Shown here in pieces: positions 61,510-64,000 of a stretch of DNA of 64,000 nt. The notes beneath the pieces were generated by a model. The model ran no database searches, was not told the origin of the DNA, and worked only from the letters and a program-made list of their open reading frames with translations. The stretch is from Hypanus sabinus (Eukaryota), in assembly GCF_030144855.1 (NCBI RefSeq), contig NC_082706.1:102362001-102426000 (forward strand), in the 5' to 3' direction. Within the stretch, counting starts at the first letter, position 1, and every line of letters begins with the position of its first letter. The position numbers were made by a program, and so were the translations under genes.

Positions 61510-62345
61510 AACAGGAGAAATTCTGCAGATGCTGGAAATCTGAGCAACACGCACAAAATGCTAAAGGAACTCAGCAGGCCAGGCAGCATCTATGGAAAAG
61601 AGTACAGTCAACGTTTCAGGCCGAAGTACTTCAACAGAACTGGAGGAAGAAAGCTGAGGTGTAGACTTAAAAGGTGGGGGGGGGGGGGGGGGGAGGGGAA
61701 AGAGAAACACAAGGTGATGGGTGAAATCTGAAGGGTGCTCCCGGTGTGGCCTCCTATCTATTGGTGAGACCTGACGTAGATTGGGAGACTGCTTCGCCAA
61801 GCACCTATGCTCCATCTGCCTGAAAAAGTGGGATCTCCCTGTGGCCACCCATTTTAATTCCTCTTCCCATTCCCATTCCAATGGCCTCCTCCACTGTTGT
61901 GATGAGGCCTTACTTGGAGGAACAACACCTTATATTCCGTTTGGGTAGCTTCCAACCTGATGGCATGAACATCGATTTCTCAGACTGCTGGTAATGCCTC
62001 CCCAACCCTCTCTCCTTCAACATTCCCCACCCCCTTTTCCCTCTCTCACCTTATCTCCTTGCCTGCCCATTCCCTCTCTCTGTTGCTCCTCTCCCACTTT
62101 TCTTTCTTCCGTGACCTTCTGTCTCTTTTACCAATTTACTTCCCAGCTCTTTATGTCATCCCCTCTCCTTTCAGGTTTCACCTATCACCTTCGGTTTCTC
62201 TCTCCCCTCTCCCCACCTTTTAAATCTACTCTTCAGCTTTTTTTTTCCCCCTCCAATCCAGCTGAAGGGTCTCTCAGCCCAAAATGTCGGACAGTACTCT
62301 TTTCCTAGTGCCTAGCCCGCTGAGTTCCTCCAGTATTTGTATGCA
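61510..62345 (+). mobile_element. Penelope-like element 3' end with inverted terminal-repeat copy
   Basis: 61735-61985 (+) encodes a decayed GIY-YIG C-terminus (CSRCGLL, IGET, PVATHFN, LEEQHLIFRLGSFQPDGMN). 61545-61732 is the reverse complement of 62168-62345. Confidence 0.9.
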
Positions 62346-62689
62346 TTCCCTTTCAATTGTTTCTTGTCTATGTCCTTTTGTCAGTAAGTAATCATGACCT
62401 CAACACAGGTCTTTGCAGGGTGTAAGGCCTCGATGTTTCAGTGACTGGCCACTGGTAATAGTAGTAAATCATTTGAGCCAAGTATGATGTTCTCCTATGG
62501 GTGGCTCCTCAGGTGGCTCTGGAGCTGATCCAGGATCCATATATTCTCGCACAGTGTGGGCAAGAGTAAATGGTGTTAGTGGTTGGGCCTTTTCTTTCTC
62601 TCTGTTCTTTCCACTATTCTCCATCCCTGTCTGGTGGCGCTCAGACAACTTCCTACTTACAGTAGGTCAATAAATTGTCTTCAACTCCA

Positions 62690-63050
62690 TGAGCCCAGCT
62701 TCAGTCAACAGAGACTGTATCAATTGCCTGCTGGATTAATTACATCCATAAACTTTCCCGCAGTTCTCTACTTTATCACCTCTTCAGCAACTTCAATCAG
62801 CTTTTGTCAGACGTGGCCACCCTTTACAAACCCACACTGACTTTCTTTGATCACGGGAAATTTCGAGGCAGTCAGCTACCCCATCCTTAATTATAGACCC
62901 TATAATTTCCTGACAACAGATGTTAAGTTAACTGATCTCTGGTTCCTCTCTGCCACCTTTCATAAATAGCGAAGTGACATGAGCAATTTTCCAATCTAGC
63001 AACGGTTCACAAGTTGAGAGGACTTTGTCAGATTATGGCCAGGCCATCTG
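62690..63050 (-). mobile_element. Old CR1 RT remnant
   Basis: Reverse complement resembles QCGFVKG and EVAEEVIK segments. Confidence 0.6.
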
Positions 63051-63479
63051 CGGAGTTGTGTCTAGCAACGAGTATTTAAGCTGTAGTCACCAGCACTCAA
63101 ATTGATCTAAATTACTGCTTCATGACTGTGAAACATTGATGCAGAGGCCATTTTACTGGAGCTGTAACAACAGGATCAAATTACTTCCATTCCACTGAAT
63201 TCTGGTAGTCTAATTACTCCTGAAATGCACTAACATGCCGTTGACTACAGCATCACTAACTGAATGCAATCTTTATAAGTAACTCAGCATAGCAGTTCAC
63301 TGTGTAGCCAAACACTCCCACCCTTTGATCTAGCCGTAGTTTGAAATTTATTGATTTTCAAAGGCTACATCTTATTATGAGTCCTCAGAAGGAGAATTGG
63401 ATTTCATTTCATTACTAAGCTTTCGCATTGCTGATTTTTTTCTCTGAAACTGGAAGGGACAGATGACATCAAACATAGC

Positions 63480-63860
63480 TCACAGAACGTTACAGCTCAG
63501 CACATACCCTTCAGCTCACGATGGTGTGCCGACCTTTTAACCTACTCCAAGGTCAATTCAACTCTTCTCTCCCACATTGCCCTCCGTTTTTCTTTCATCC
63601 CTCTGCATGTCTAAGAGTCCTTTAAGTATCTGGCTTTACCACCACCCCAGACAGTGCATTCCACTCACTCACCATTCCCTGTGCACAAAACCTAACTCTG
63701 ACCTCTTGCCAATACTTTCCTCTAATCACCTTAACGTTATTCCCTCTCGTGTCGGCCATTTCCGCCCGGGGGAAGGGGCTGGCTGTCTATTCTATAAATG
63801 CCTCTTATCATCTTGTATAATTGTACCCCTGACAAGTCACTCCTCATACTCGTTCATGAA
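63480..63860 (-). mobile_element. CR1 3' end
   Basis: Colinear with 9360-9740. Confidence 0.8.
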
Positions 63861-64000
63861 CTGATTTAAAAATCCATCCTGCTTGTTCTACTTTATTGCC
63901 TCCTGCAGACTCATAGCTTGGGTCACAGTGTCAAATCAGGTGACCATCTGTAGATGACAAAATGCTACATCAGTGCTGCCAAAGCAAACCTGACATTGAT

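Noticed and set aside
61676-61693. Long G/C homopolymers (also ~20785, 44416, 51305, 55614) as functional G-quadruplexes
   Set aside because: Mostly within TE remnants and best explained by slippage; run lengths are also error-prone in assemblies.
1-64000. V(D)J recombination signal sequences / antigen-receptor locus
   Set aside because: The CACAGTG heptamers I checked lack a nonamer at 12 or 23 bp, and no Ig-domain ORFs are evident.

Overview
Eukaryotic, repeat-dense genomic DNA with no host protein-coding gene that I can name. The repeat repertoire points to a cartilaginous fish, probably a ray or skate (inference). It includes CR1 LINEs with an SGNH-esterase ORF1, Rex1/Babar-L2-type LINEs, V-SINE/HE1-like and DeuSINE-like SINEs, Penelope-like elements (PLEs), and Tx1 and RTE remnants. 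The window looks like a large intron or intergenic region. Main elements: a near-full-length but frameshifted CR1 (9346-13534, -) nested in older CR1s; an internally deleted Rex/Babar-type LINE (26001-28859, -); a young 5'-truncated Rex/Babar copy with an open 250-aa ORF (40067-41154, +); two PLE 3' ends encoding GIY-YIG endonuclease remnants; three solo LTRs; a Tc1 remnant; and a Tigger-like MITE. The best functional signal is an intact minimal hammerhead ribozyme core in a PLE terminal repeat (46755-46788, -), with many decayed siblings and fold-back derivatives across the window. Several non-repeat islands carry exon-like splice signals or promoter/enhancer motifs, but none could be assigned to a known gene. 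I found no CRISPR, rRNA or true tRNA genes, and no clearly new biological system. Family names come from motif recognition, not database searches, and most boundaries are approximate.
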